In this document: piece after piece, positions 9,912 to 20,213 of the stretch | How the letters are laid out: each line of letters starts with the position of its first letter | How positions within the stretch are numbered: the first letter of the stretch is position 1 | Source: an uncultured Clostridium sp. | GTDB lineage: Bacteria; Bacillota; Clostridia; TANB77; CAG-508 | NCBI GenBank assembly: GCA_900552655.1 | Contig: USAE01000002.1 | Coordinates: forward strand, 1 to 59,020 | Direction: 5' to 3' | DNA length: 59,020 bases | Program-made: the position numbers and the translations under genes | Notes under the pieces: model-generated | What the model saw: only the letters and a program-made list of their open reading frames with translations | Databases searched by the model: none | What the model was told of the DNA's origin: nothing

Positions 9912-10862
9912 ATGGAAAATATTAAAATTTTTGCTTGTAGTAAATATGCAGAAGAATTTACTAAAGAAATTTGTGATTATCTAAAACTTCCAATGGGAAA
10001 AATAAATGCGATGAAGTTTAAAAATGATAATAATTTTGTACAAATTTTAGAAACAGTAAGAGAAAAAGATGTTTACTTAGTACAAAGTAATGTACCTCCA
10101 GTAAACGAAAGAATAATGGAATTATTAATAACGATAGATGCAGTAAAAAGAGCTTCAGCAGGTAAAATAAATGTTGTTTTACCATATTATATATATTCAC
10201 GTTCAGATAAAAAAGATCAACCAAGAGTACCAATAACAGCAAAGTTAATAGCAGAGTTATTAGAAGCTGCAGGTGCAACTAGAGTTATTACTTGCGACTT
10301 ACATAACCCAGCAATACAAGCATATTTTAACAATATAAATTGTGATAGGCTTTCAGCCGAAAGACTTTTAGAAGACTATTTTTTGAATAAGAAATTAGAG
10401 AATATGGTTATTGTTGCGACAGATGCAGGTAGTTCTAAAAAAGCATATAAGTATTCAGAATTTTTTAATTGTCCTATAGCAATGCTAGATAAAAGAAGAG
10501 ATGGAAATAATGATAAAGCTATAGGTACAACAATTATTGGTGATGTAAAAGATAAAAACGCAATTATATTTGATGACGAAATTGACACAGCTGGTTCTAT
10601 GATGGAAACAGTAAGAGTACTAAAAGAGTTTGGAGCAAAAGCCATTTATGCAGGTTGCACACACGGAGTTCTTTCTGGTCCAGCTATAGAAAGAATACAA
10701 AATTCTCCTATAGAAGAACTTGTAATTACAAACACTATACCATTAACAGAATCTAAAAAAATAGAAAAAATTAAAGTTGTTTCTATAGCTCCATTATTTG
10801 CAGAAACAATTAGGCATTTAAACGAAAAAAGGCCATTAGGTGAGCTATTAAAAAGAAAGTAG
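9912..10862 (+). CDS. prs: Ribose-phosphate pyrophosphokinase
   Basis: RBS AGGTG 6 nt before ATG 9912. Motifs DLHNPAIQAYF, VATDAGSSKKA and IIFDDEIDTAGS (PRPP loop). Confidence 0.9.
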   Translation: MENIKIFACSKYAEEFTKEICDYLKLPMGKINAMKFKNDNNFVQILETVREKDVYLVQSNVPPVNERIMELLITIDAVKRASAGKINVVLPYYIYSRSDKKDQPRVPITAKLIAELLEAAGATRVITCDLHNPAIQAYFNNINCDRLSAERLLEDYFLNKKLENMVIVATDAGSSKKAYKYSEFFNCPIAMLDKRRDGNNDKAIGTTIIGDVKDKNAIIFDDEIDTAGSMMETVRVLKEFGAKAIYAGCTHGVLSGPAIERIQNSPIEELVITNTIPLTESKKIEKIKVVSIAPLFAETIRHLNEKRPLGELLKRK

Positions 10863-10874
10863 AGGGATATAAAA

Positions 10875-11816
10875 ATGAAAAAAATATCAATTGTAGTTCC
10901 AATGTATTATGAAGAGGAAGTAGCAAGAGAATGTTATAATAGATTAAAAAATATATTAGATAAAATAGAAAACTATAATTACGAATTAATATTTATAAAT
11001 GATGGGAGTAAAGATAAAACATTAAGCATTTTAGAAGAAATTGCAAAAAAGGATGAAAATGTAAAAATAATTTCATTTTCTAGAAATTTTGGACATCAAT
11101 GTGCTGTAACAGCAGGTTTACAATATGTAACTGGTGATGCAATAGTAATAATAGATGCAGACTTACAAGACCCACCAGAGCTTATTCCAGAAATGCTAAA
11201 ACTTTGGGAAGAAGGAAACGAAGTAATATATGGAAAACGAAAATCTAGAGATGGTGAATCTAAGTTTAAACTGCTTACTGCGTCTATGTTTTATAAAACT
11301 TTAAATGCTTTGTCAGATGTAGATATACCAAAAGATACAGGAGATTTTAGATTAGTAGACAGAAAAGTGGTAGATGTTATAAATGCATTACCAGAACATA
11401 ATAAATTTTTAAGAGGTCTATTTAGTTGGGTTGGATTTAAACAAACACCTTTTGAATACGAAAGAAAAGAAAGATTTGCAGGAAAAACCAAATATCCATT
11501 AAAGAAAATGTTAAAATTAGCACAAGATGGTATTTTTAGTTTTTCTACAAAACCACTTAAAGTTGTAGGAACAATGGGAATTATTTCTATAGCAATATCT
11601 GTAATCATTTTAATATATGCAATTTTATCATATATATTTAATTGGAATAATTTAACTGCAGGTTGGACATCTTTAATGGTTACGATGACATTTCTAAGTG
11701 GAATGATACTTATATCTCTATGGATGATAGGTGAATATATAGGAAGAATTTATGATGAAACAAAAAGAAGGCCACAATATATAATAGAAAGAACAATTAA
11801 TGTAGATAAAAAATAA
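10875..11816 (+). CDS. GT2 polyprenyl-phosphate glycosyltransferase (GtrB/CsbB/ArnC type), second copy
   Basis: Motifs IVVPMYYEEE, INDGSKDKT and DADLQDPPELIPE, plus two C-terminal TM helices. Confidence 0.85.
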   Translation: MKKISIVVPMYYEEEVARECYNRLKNILDKIENYNYELIFINDGSKDKTLSILEEIAKKDENVKIISFSRNFGHQCAVTAGLQYVTGDAIVIIDADLQDPPELIPEMLKLWEEGNEVIYGKRKSRDGESKFKLLTASMFYKTLNALSDVDIPKDTGDFRLVDRKVVDVINALPEHNKFLRGLFSWVGFKQTPFEYERKERFAGKTKYPLKKMLKLAQDGIFSFSTKPLKVVGTMGIISIAISVIILIYAILSYIFNWNNLTAGWTSLMVTMTFLSGMILISLWMIGEYIGRIYDETKRRPQYIIERTINVDKK

Positions 11817-11817
11817 T

Positions 11818-12849
11818 ATGAAAATTGGGGGAATGGCAATGTATGATGTTTCAGTTATTACAATATTTAAAAGCAGACATAAAAAAGTAAAAGAGAGCTT
11901 AAATAGTTTAATAAATCAAACTTTACCAAATGTAGAAATAATTTGTATTTATAAAGAAGAAAATTCAGAAATAGATGAATTTGTAAAAGAAACTCAAAAA
12001 AAATATAATAATATAAAAATTATATATAAAACTAAGGCACAAGATGTAACAGCTAAAAATAAAGCACTAGAAGAAGCTAGTGGAAAATACATTTTAATAA
12101 TGAATGGAAATATGAATCTAGAAAAAACAGCATTAGAAAAAATGTATAATGCAGAAGAAAAAAATGAAACAGACATTGCAATTTGTGGTTATAATATAAT
12201 AGACTTAAATACAAACCTAATAATAAGTAAAGGCCTAAATAATAAATTTAAAGAAATAGAAGAATTAAATGGAAAAAATAATGCTTTTGCATATTTAAAT
12301 TTAGATGCAGGTAATAAATTAATAAAAAGAGAAATAATAAAAGACTTAAAGTTTCAAAATTATGATGAATGCCAAGATGAAATATTTATATTAAGTTGTT
12401 ACAGTAATGTAAATAAAATTTCTTTTATAAATGAAGAGTTATTCTATAAATATGAGGATAATTCAGCAAACAACTTAAAAAATATAATTCAAATAAAAGA
12501 CTTAAGAAATGGCTTAATAGATGTAAAAAAGAGATTTAAAGAAGTTGGAAAATACGAAAAAATGAAAAATGTGTTAACATATATAGCATTTACAAAAATA
12601 GGAATGAGGTCATTAATAGAAATAGCATTTGACCCAAAAAATGATTTAAAAGAAAACATTAGAGAAACAATGAATTACTTAGATATAAATTTCTTTGAAT
12701 GGAGAAAAAATCCATTTTTTAAATTAAAAAATGTTCCAAGAAAAAGCTTTTGGGTTGCACATACTGTATATAAATATGGCTTCCAACAAATATTTATAAA
12801 AACATATAAAAGATTAATAGAAAAAGGAAATAAGCCTTTAGCTTTTTAA
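11818..12849 (+). CDS. Family-2-like glycosyltransferase (soluble, divergent)
   Basis: N-terminal VSVITIFKSRHKKVKESLNSLINQTLPNVEIICI resembles the GT2 Rossmann start. ATG 11839 is the better-spaced start relative to the GGGGGA RBS. The remainder is unrecognised. Confidence 0.5.
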   Translation: MKIGGMAMYDVSVITIFKSRHKKVKESLNSLINQTLPNVEIICIYKEENSEIDEFVKETQKKYNNIKIIYKTKAQDVTAKNKALEEASGKYILIMNGNMNLEKTALEKMYNAEEKNETDIAICGYNIIDLNTNLIISKGLNNKFKEIEELNGKNNAFAYLNLDAGNKLIKREIIKDLKFQNYDECQDEIFILSCYSNVNKISFINEELFYKYEDNSANNLKNIIQIKDLRNGLIDVKKRFKEVGKYEKMKNVLTYIAFTKIGMRSLIEIAFDPKNDLKENIRETMNYLDINFFEWRKNPFFKLKNVPRKSFWVAHTVYKYGFQQIFIKTYKRLIEKGNKPLAF

Positions 12850-12865
12850 TATAATAAAAAATACC

Positions 12866-12908
12866 GTACAAGTTTTTGGTAAATCCATTAAAAAACTTGT
12901 ACTTTTTT
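12866..12908 (+). terminator. Rho-independent terminator
   Basis: GTACAAGTTTTT (12866-12877), a loop, AAAAACTTGTAC (12891-12902), then TTTTTT. Confidence 0.8.
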
Positions 12909-12980
12909 AATATAAATGATATATTTTTAAAGAGTAAATGTAAAGATATTTGCACACTATTTAATATATAGGAGAAGGTT

Positions 12981-13988
12981 ATGGAAGAGGAAAATTTAAT
13001 AAATCCAGAATTAATAAATGAGGAAGAAAATAGATTAGAAAATTCGTTAAGACCTAAAACTCTTGCAGAATACATAGGTCAAACAAAAGTTAAAGAAAAT
13101 ATGAAAGTATATATAGAAGCTGCCAAAAAAAGAGGGGAGCCTTTAGACCATGTTCTTTTGTATGGACCACCAGGGCTTGGTAAAACAACATTATCTAATA
13201 TCATTTCTAATGAAATGAATTCTAATATAAAAATTACATCTGGTCCAGCAATAGAAAAGCCAGGGGATTTAGCAGCATTACTTACAAACTTATCTGAGTT
13301 TGATGTGTTGTTTATAGATGAAATCCATAGGCTTAATAAAAGTGTAGAGGAAATTTTATATCCAGCGTTAGAAGACTATACATTAGATATAATTATAGGT
13401 AAGGGACCAAGTGCTAGGTCTATAAGATTAGATTTACCTAAATTTACTTTAATAGGAGCAACAACCAAAGCAGGTTCCTTAACTACTCCTTTACGTGATA
13501 GGTTTGGAATTGTAGAAAGATTAGAATTATATGAACCAGAAGATTTACAAAAGATAGTAAAAAGATCTGCAGGAATTTTAAGCGTTGAGATAGACGAAAA
13601 AGCAAGTATGGAAATTGCAAAAAGATCTAGAGGAACGCCAAGAATTGCAAATAGAATTTTAAAAAGAGTAAGAGATTATGCAGCAGTTTTAGGTGATGGA
13701 ACAATAGATTTAAATATGGCGAAAATAGCTTTAAATAAATTAGAAATAGATGATTTAGGGCTTGACCAAACAGATAGGAATATATTGCTTACAATAATCC
13801 AAAAATATGCAGGTGGACCTGTTGGAATAGAAACGTTAGCAGCTACAACAGGAGAAGAAATAGAAACAATAGAAGACGTATACGAACCATTTTTAATGCA
13901 AATAGGTTTTATAGCTCGTACGCCAAGAGGAAGAGTTGCGCTTCCTTCAGCTTTTGAACATTTAAATTTAAAACAAGCTGAAAAATAA
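12981..13988 (+). CDS. ruvB: Holliday junction branch-migration helicase RuvB
   Basis: [12 protein letters not shown], Walker [10 protein letters not shown], Walker B FIDEIHR, and RGTPRIANR. Confidence 0.95.
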   Translation: MEEENLINPELINEEENRLENSLRPKTLAEYIGQTKVKENMKVYIEAAKKRGEPLDHVLLYGPPGLGKTTLSNIISNEMNSNIKITSGPAIEKPGDLAALLTNLSEFDVLFIDEIHRLNKSVEEILYPALEDYTLDIIIGKGPSARSIRLDLPKFTLIGATTKAGSLTTPLRDRFGIVERLELYEPEDLQKIVKRSAGILSVEIDEKASMEIAKRSRGTPRIANRILKRVRDYAAVLGDGTIDLNMAKIALNKLEIDDLGLDQTDRNILLTIIQKYAGGPVGIETLAATTGEEIETIEDVYEPFLMQIGFIARTPRGRVALPSAFEHLNLKQAEK

Positions 13989-14038
13989 AACTTTATATTA
14001 CAAATAATAGAAAATTAAGATTTTAGATTGGAGATAAA

Positions 14039-15518
14039 GTGAAAGAGAAAACAAAAGCAAGATTAATAGATATTGCTGTTTTTTGTATAGCAATATTATT
14101 GTTTTTAGCTACAGTGCTACCAAGGAATTTAGCTAATTTAGACGAAATATGGAATTTTAACTTTGCAAGAAATATTGCTAATGGCTTAATTCCATATAAA
14201 GACTTTAATATGTTACAAACACCTTTACTGCCATTTATACTTCGGTGGTATTTTTAAAATATTTGGCCAAGAATTATTTGTTATGAGAATAGTATCTGCT
14301 GTATTAGGAGCAGGGATAATTTTTATATCATATAAAATTCTTAAAGAGCTAAAACTAAATACAAAATGGTCAATTCTAACATTAATTTTATTGTTTTTAT
14401 TTATATCAGATAGTTTTTATTTAGATTATAATTATGTAATATTATTTATAACTTTACTTATCATCTTTTTAGAAACTAAATATAAAAATTATAGTAAAAA
14501 ATATAATTTTCTAATAGGAATATTAGCAGGAAGTACAATACTATTTAAACAAAGTACAGGTGTAATAATATGTGCAATAACAGCTTTGTATTTAGCATTA
14601 GAAGATAGAAACAAAGAAGTATTAAAAGCTATAATATACAGAGTAATTGGAATTATAGTTCCTGGAATAATTTTTACTATATATTTAATTTGTACAAATT
14701 CTTTAATGGACTTTATAGATTATTGTGTTTTAGGAATTGGTACATTTACCAATAATGTATCATATATGAAATTATTACAAGGAAAAGATTTAGAAGCTTT
14801 TTTAGGAGTAGTAACACCAATTACATTCTTAATTTTATTTATTGAAATTATAATAAATATAAAGAATAAGAAGATAAAAGAAAATAAAAACAAGTTAATA
14901 TTATTTGTGTTTGCTTTAGCACAATTTACAGTTGTGTACCCAATAGCAGACGAGATACATTTTAAAATAGCGGTATTCCCAATATTTTTAGTGATGTTAT
15001 ATTACATATTTAAAGAAATCCAAGAAATAAAAAATATAAAAATTTCTATTTTTATAGAGCATTTTATGAATATAATAACAATATCTTTGGTAGGAATGCT
15101 AATATTAAGTGGAATTAATGACATATTTATATATACACAAACAGAAAAGTCAGTATTAAAGCATTTTAGTAATATTCCAATATCAAATACGTTGCAAGAA
15201 AGAATTTTAGAAGTAAATAAATATATAGAAGACGAAGAAAGAGATGTATATATTTTGGATTCGGAAGCAGCTGTATATATGATACCATTAGATAAATATA
15301 ATAAAGACTTTGATATGTTTTTAAGAGGAAATTTAGGTGCAAAAGGTGAAGAAGGACAAATAGAAAAAATAAAAGAAATGAACAACACAGTGTTGTTAAT
15401 AAAAAATGAAAAAATACCATTAAATTGGCAAACACCTAAAGAAGTAATAGAATATGTAAAAAATAATTTAGAAAAAATAGGTACAATAAACTTTTTTGAT
15501 ATATATATATCAGAGTAA
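14039..15518 (+). pseudogene. ArnT/PMT-like GT-C membrane glycosyltransferase split by a +1 frameshift near 14240
   Basis: The 72-aa ORF 14039-14257 ends ...LQTPLLPFILRWYF*. The next frame is open from 14190 and reads ...FGGIFKIFGQELFVMRIVSAVLG into ORF 14283-15518. Together they give one typical GT-C N-terminus (DE..W motif, first loop, FG..xx.RxxSA). Confidence 0.7.
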
Positions 15519-15522
15519 TAAT

Positions 15523-17121
15523 ATGCAAGTGAAAGGGAAAAAATACCAAATGGAAAAAAATGGAAAAGCAAGCACGATTATAAAAAATATTATATTAGTA
15601 TTTGCAACTATTACATTTATAGCTGTTTTAATCTTGAATTTTATATACAATGCAAATACCGACAAACTTAGTGCAGTTGAAATAGAATATGTAAAAATTA
15701 TTAATTTGATTATAAGTATTTTTATTGCCATAACTATATTAATTGCTTCACATTATTTAAATAAAATTAAATTTAGCAAAATTGCAAAAACTGCTATAAT
15801 AGTTACTTTAATTTTTATATATGTAATTGTACAAATTAGATGGTCAAACACAACAATTGGAAGACCATCTGGTGACCAACAAATAATATATAACATGGCA
15901 AAAAGTTATATAGAAGGAAATAATGAAAATTTATATAAATCAGAATATTTAGCTAAAAATCCACAACAACGAAGTTTGCTAGTTATGTATATTTTAATAA
16001 TGAAAGTGGTAAATAGCACAGATTATGTATGGCTATATTTAGCTAATATTTTGGCAAATGTACTTTCTATATTTGCATTATGTCTAATATTAAAGAAACT
16101 ATCGGAGAAATATAGTGTTAATAAAGCATTATTTGCTATTTTAACATTAACTTTTATACCAATGATATTATTATGTAATTTTATATATGGTGACATCATT
16201 GGATTAGCATTTATTTTGTTTTCTGTATATTTTATAATAGAATATGCGAAAAAGAATAAGAAAATATTTGGAATAATTTCTGCAATTTTAGCATCTATCG
16301 CAATGATGTTTAGAATGAATTACATTATATTTGTTATAGCTATGGTAATATATATTATTTTAAACTTTAAAAAGGAAAATATTTTTAAGCAGATAATACA
16401 TATTATAATATTTATAGCTATAATACTTATTCCATATAAATTGGTTGGAGCATATGTGGCAGAAAAACTAGATTTAGACAAACAAGCAACAATACCTACA
16501 AGCAGTTATTTATATATGTCACTTTATGATGGAGAAAGAGGTGCAGGGTGGTATAGCCAAGAAGCAATGAAAGTAGCACAAACAGATGTGAAGAATGCAA
16601 AAAATTATTATCCACCAATATTAAAAGAGAGAGTAAAATATTTAGTTACACATCCTTCAGAAGGTTTTAGATTTTACAAAAATAAGATTGTTTCTATGTG
16701 GACAGATAATGCCTTCCAATGTATATTTTATAATTTACCAGTTCATTTAGATGGTATGCCTAAAGAATTATATGATAGCGCAATAAACGAGAATGAATTT
16801 TATAGTAATTATTTTGTAGAAAAAGGCTCAAAACAAATAAAGATATATATGAAAGGAATAGTACTTTTAGTATTTTCATTAAGCTTAGTAAATTTATTAA
16901 AGTATAAAAAAGAATTATCTAATGAAGCAATTTTAATGATAACAATATTTTTAGGAGGATTTTTCTTCCACGTATTATGGGAAGCAAAATCAAGATATGT
17001 AATTCCATATTTTGTAGTTCTTATTCCTATTGCGTGTATAAGTCTTAATAAAGAGATATCAGATTTTTCTATTATAAAAAGAATAAAAAATATTTTTAGA
17101 AAAAAGGAGAAAGTAAAATGA
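15523..17121 (+). CDS. Polytopic GT-C-like membrane glycosyltransferase
   Basis: About 530-aa ORF with at least 10 hydrophobic helices, adjacent to other GT-C genes. The start is uncertain (TTG 15496, ATG 15523 or ATG 15550). Confidence 0.55.
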   Translation: MQVKGKKYQMEKNGKASTIIKNIILVFATITFIAVLILNFIYNANTDKLSAVEIEYVKIINLIISIFIAITILIASHYLNKIKFSKIAKTAIIVTLIFIYVIVQIRWSNTTIGRPSGDQQIIYNMAKSYIEGNNENLYKSEYLAKNPQQRSLLVMYILIMKVVNSTDYVWLYLANILANVLSIFALCLILKKLSEKYSVNKALFAILTLTFIPMILLCNFIYGDIIGLAFILFSVYFIIEYAKKNKKIFGIISAILASIAMMFRMNYIIFVIAMVIYIILNFKKENIFKQIIHIIIFIAIILIPYKLVGAYVAEKLDLDKQATIPTSSYLYMSLYDGERGAGWYSQEAMKVAQTDVKNAKNYYPPILKERVKYLVTHPSEGFRFYKNKIVSMWTDNAFQCIFYNLPVHLDGMPKELYDSAINENEFYSNYFVEKGSKQIKIYMKGIVLLVFSLSLVNLLKYKKELSNEAILMITIFLGGFFFHVLWEAKSRYVIPYFVVLIPIACISLNKEISDFSIIKRIKNIFRKKEKVK

Positions 17122-17681
17122 AATTGTTAATGCATACTTGTTGTGCACCTTGTAGTGTATATTGTATAGATTCATTAAGAAAGGAAAATATAGAACCGAC
17201 AGTATATTGGTATAACCCAAATATACACCCATATATGGAATACAAGGCAAGAAGAGATACATTAAAAGAATATACTAAAAGCATAAATGTTGAAGCTATA
17301 TTTGAAGAGGAATACGGACTAGATGAGTTTTGCAAAAATGCAATAGGGGATCTTAAAAATAGATGCCAAAATTATTGCTATAAAGTTAGATTGGAACAAA
17401 CAGCAAAATTTGCAAAAGAACATGGTTTTGACACAATTTCTACAACTCTTTTAGTAAGTCCTTACCAAAAACATGAAATTTTAAAAGAACAAGGCGAAGA
17501 AATTGCAAAAAAATATGGTCTGAATTTTTTATATAGAGATTTTAGAGTTGGCTTTAGAAAGGGTCAAAATAAAGCAAGAGAATTAGGTTTGTATATGCAA
17601 AAATATTGTGGGTGTGTGTTTTCTGAGGAGGATCGTTATAGCAAGCAGATTGAGAAGGATAAAAAAAGAAACATTAAATAG
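17118..17681 (+). CDS. queH: Epoxyqueuosine reductase QueH (DUF208)
   Basis: LLMHTCCAPCS, WYNPNIHPYMEY, STTLLVSPYQKHE and QKYCGCVFSE. The ATGA start overlaps the preceding stop. Confidence 0.85.
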   Translation: MKLLMHTCCAPCSVYCIDSLRKENIEPTVYWYNPNIHPYMEYKARRDTLKEYTKSINVEAIFEEEYGLDEFCKNAIGDLKNRCQNYCYKVRLEQTAKFAKEHGFDTISTTLLVSPYQKHEILKEQGEEIAKKYGLNFLYRDFRVGFRKGQNKARELGLYMQKYCGCVFSEEDRYSKQIEKDKKRNIK

Positions 17682-17704
17682 TAATTTGCTGTTAGGAGGA
17701 TGCT

Positions 17705-18109
17705 ATGAAATTTGTAAAATATGATAATAAAAGTTTAATTAATTTTTATAGCGAAAATGGACTAGAATTTGATGAAAACAAATGTTATTTTGGAATTAAT
17801 GTCGAATCATTTGCTTTGTTAGAAAATGAAAAAATTATTGGAGCAGTGTCTATTTCAATTTATAAAGAAAAAAGTTTTATTGAGGCACTAGCAGTAGATA
17901 AAGAATATAGAAATAAAGGATATGGAAAACTATTAATAGAAAAAGCAATAGAAAAACTAGAAAAACCAGTATATACAATTTCAAAAGTAGATAAATTCTA
18001 TTTAAAAAACGGATTTGTATATGATAATTCAGACTTAATAGATAAAGAGTGTAAAACCTGTGATGAATATAATGTTACTTGTTTTCCGAGAGTTGTAGTA
18101 TATAAATAG
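17705..18109 (+). CDS. GNAT-family N-acetyltransferase (small, Cys-rich C-terminus)
   Basis: AVDKEYRNKGYGKLLIEKA is the acetyl-CoA-binding motif A (Q/RxxGxG/A). RBS AGGAGG. Confidence 0.75.
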   Translation: MKFVKYDNKSLINFYSENGLEFDENKCYFGINVESFALLENEKIIGAVSISIYKEKSFIEALAVDKEYRNKGYGKLLIEKAIEKLEKPVYTISKVDKFYLKNGFVYDNSDLIDKECKTCDEYNVTCFPRVVVYK

Positions 18110-18161
18110 TTACACAAATTACAAGTTATAGAGATATAGAAAGGGAGATGAGAGTGTAAAT

Positions 18162-19178
18162 ATGAATCCAATAGAAAATTTAAAAGATTTAATCATATAT
18201 CAAAGTCAAAATAATGAAAATATATCTGTAGAAGTTTTATATGACAATGAAGATTTTTGGTTAACACAAAAGTCAATGGCTAAGTTATTCAGTGTGGCAG
18301 AAAATAATATAACATATCATTTACAAAATATATTTAAAACAGGAGAATTAGAAGAAAATCGAACTACTCAAAAAATTAGAGTAGTTCAAAATGAAGGAAC
18401 CAGAAAAGTTTCAAGAGAAGTAAACTTTTACAGTTTAGATGCAATAATTGCTGTAGGGTATAGAGTAAACTCAAAACAAGCAACAGATTTTAGAATATGG
18501 GCAACTAATACATTAAAAGAATACATAAAAAAGGGATTTGTATTAAATGATGAATTATTAAAAAATGGACCAAAATTTGGAAAAGATTACTTTAAAGAAC
18601 TTTTAGAACGTATTCGTTCAATTAGGACAAGTGAACGTAGAATATGGCAACAGATAACAGATATATTTGCAGAATGTAGTATTGATTATGATAAAGATTC
18701 AGAGATAACACATCAATTTTATGCAATGATACAAAATAAATTTCATTATGCAATTACAGGAAATACAGCAGCAGAAATTATATATATAAAAGCAGACCAT
18801 ACCAAGGATAATATGGGATTAACAACTTGGAAAAATTCACCAGAAGGAAGAATATTAAAATCAGATGTGATGATTGCTAAAAATTATTTAGAAGAAAAAC
18901 AAATAAAGCGATTAGAGCGAGCAGTAACTGGATATTTTGATTATATAGAGGACTTGGTGGAAAGAGAAAATACATTCACAATGGAGGAATTTTCTAAAAG
19001 TGTTAATGAATTTTTAGAGTTTAGAAAATATGATATTTTAAAAGATAATGGAAAAATTTCTAGAAAAATGGCAGAAGAAAAAGCAGAAAAGGAGTATAAT
19101 GAATTTAATAAAACTCAAAAAATTATTTCTGACTTTGATAAATTATTATTGGAAACAAAAAGATTAAATAATAAATAA
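18162..19178 (+). CDS. RhuM-family protein (Virulence_RhuM)
   Basis: FWLTQKSMAKLF...NITYHLQNIF..GEL, YSLDAIIAVGYRVNSKQATDFRIWAT and ERRIWQQITDIF match my recollection of the RhuM family. Confidence 0.7.
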   Translation: MNPIENLKDLIIYQSQNNENISVEVLYDNEDFWLTQKSMAKLFSVAENNITYHLQNIFKTGELEENRTTQKIRVVQNEGTRKVSREVNFYSLDAIIAVGYRVNSKQATDFRIWATNTLKEYIKKGFVLNDELLKNGPKFGKDYFKELLERIRSIRTSERRIWQQITDIFAECSIDYDKDSEITHQFYAMIQNKFHYAITGNTAAEIIYIKADHTKDNMGLTTWKNSPEGRILKSDVMIAKNYLEEKQIKRLERAVTGYFDYIEDLVERENTFTMEEFSKSVNEFLEFRKYDILKDNGKISRKMAEEKAEKEYNEFNKTQKIISDFDKLLLETKRLNNK

Positions 19179-19264
19179 ATTTGTGGTCATAATGTGTTAT
19201 TACAGAGGCGGATAGGTACAGTAAGCAAATTGAGAGAGATAAAGCAAAAAACATGAATAAGTAA
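19177..19264 (+). repeat. Decayed duplicate of the queH 3' end (copy R1)
   Basis: AAATTTGTGG...GAGGCGGATAGGTACAGTAAGCAAATTGAGAGAGATAAAGC aligns with queH 17601-17684 (AAATATTGTGG...GAGGAGGATCGTTATAGCAAGCAGATTGAGAAGGATAAAAA). It reads RYSKQIERDKAKNMNK* against queH DRYSKQIEKDKKRNIK*. Confidence 0.7.
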
Positions 19265-19337
19265 ATAAATAATAAGTTGTCGATGAAATTAAATTTTGTT
19301 TTTTAAACAAAAAGTAGAAAATGAAGGAAAGATATGC

Positions 19338-20039
19338 ATGATACATAAAATGAAATTAAGTGAAAGTACATTCGAAAGAATAAAAAATGGAACTAAAACA
19401 ATTGAATTTAGATTAGATAATGAAAAAAGACAGCAAATAAAAGTTGGAAACAAAATTGAATTTTCAAAATTACCAGATTTACAAGAAAAGTTGTTAGTAG
19501 CTGTTACTGAGTTATATAAAGAAGATACTTTTGAAAATTTGTTTAGAAAACTATATACAGATGAAGAGGAAATAAATAAAAGAACTAAATCAATGGAGCA
19601 ATACTATTCACACGAAAAAGAGAAGGAATATGGAGTTTTAGGTATAAAAATAGAGTTAATTAGTAATAACTTTAGATATACATATAACAAACTAGTAAGA
19701 GATAAAATTCCAGAAAATATAGATAGCGAGCCGGGGAGAAAAAGCAAATATAGAATTCTTAATGATAGTGAATATTTAACTGAATTAAATAAAAAGGTCT
19801 TGGAAGAAGCTAATGAATTTATAGAAGAAAATAGTATTGAAGAACTTGGTGATTTAATGGAAGTTATAAATTCAATAATGAAATTAAAAGGTTATAAAAT
19901 GGAAGATGTACATAAAGCAATGAAAGCTAAGGCTGATAAAAAAGGAACTTTTGATAATAAAATATATTTAGAATATATTGATGAAGATAAAAGAAATATA
20001 GAGGAAGAAAAGGAACTAAATAAAGAATTTAGAAAGTAA
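19338..20039 (+). CDS. Fusion protein: N-terminal ASCH domain plus C-terminal all-alpha (MazG/PRA-PH-like) NTP pyrophosphohydrolase
   Basis: RBS GAAGGAAAG before ATG 19338. The N-terminal half (MKLSESTFERIKNGTKTIEFRLDNEKRQQIKVGNKIEF...EYGVLGIKIE) follows the ASCH pattern. The C-terminal half (YNKLVRDKIPENI...LEEANEF...EELGDLMEVI) follows the house-cleaning NTP-PPase pattern. Confidence 0.65.
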   Translation: MIHKMKLSESTFERIKNGTKTIEFRLDNEKRQQIKVGNKIEFSKLPDLQEKLLVAVTELYKEDTFENLFRKLYTDEEEINKRTKSMEQYYSHEKEKEYGVLGIKIELISNNFRYTYNKLVRDKIPENIDSEPGRKSKYRILNDSEYLTELNKKVLEEANEFIEENSIEELGDLMEVINSIMKLKGYKMEDVHKAMKAKADKKGTFDNKIYLEYIDEDKRNIEEEKELNKEFRK

Positions 20040-20080
20040 TAACAATTATATCTTGTAATGATATAGAATTAGAGCATTTT

Positions 20081-20213
20081 ATGTTAAATATGAAAAACAA
20101 AAATACAAAAAGAGATTTTTAGATTAATAGCAAAAAATAAAAATATTACGCAAAAAGAAATGTCAGAAGAACTTAATATAACGAAGAGAACTATAAAAAG
20201 AATAAATTTGTAG
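20081..20213 (+). pseudogene. Remnant of an HTH regulator gene, frameshifted and truncated
   Basis: MLNMKNKNTKRDF* in one frame; the adjacent frame reads KEIFRLIAKNKNITQKEMSEELNITKRTIKRINL*, a typical wHTH segment that stops mid-domain. Confidence 0.5.
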
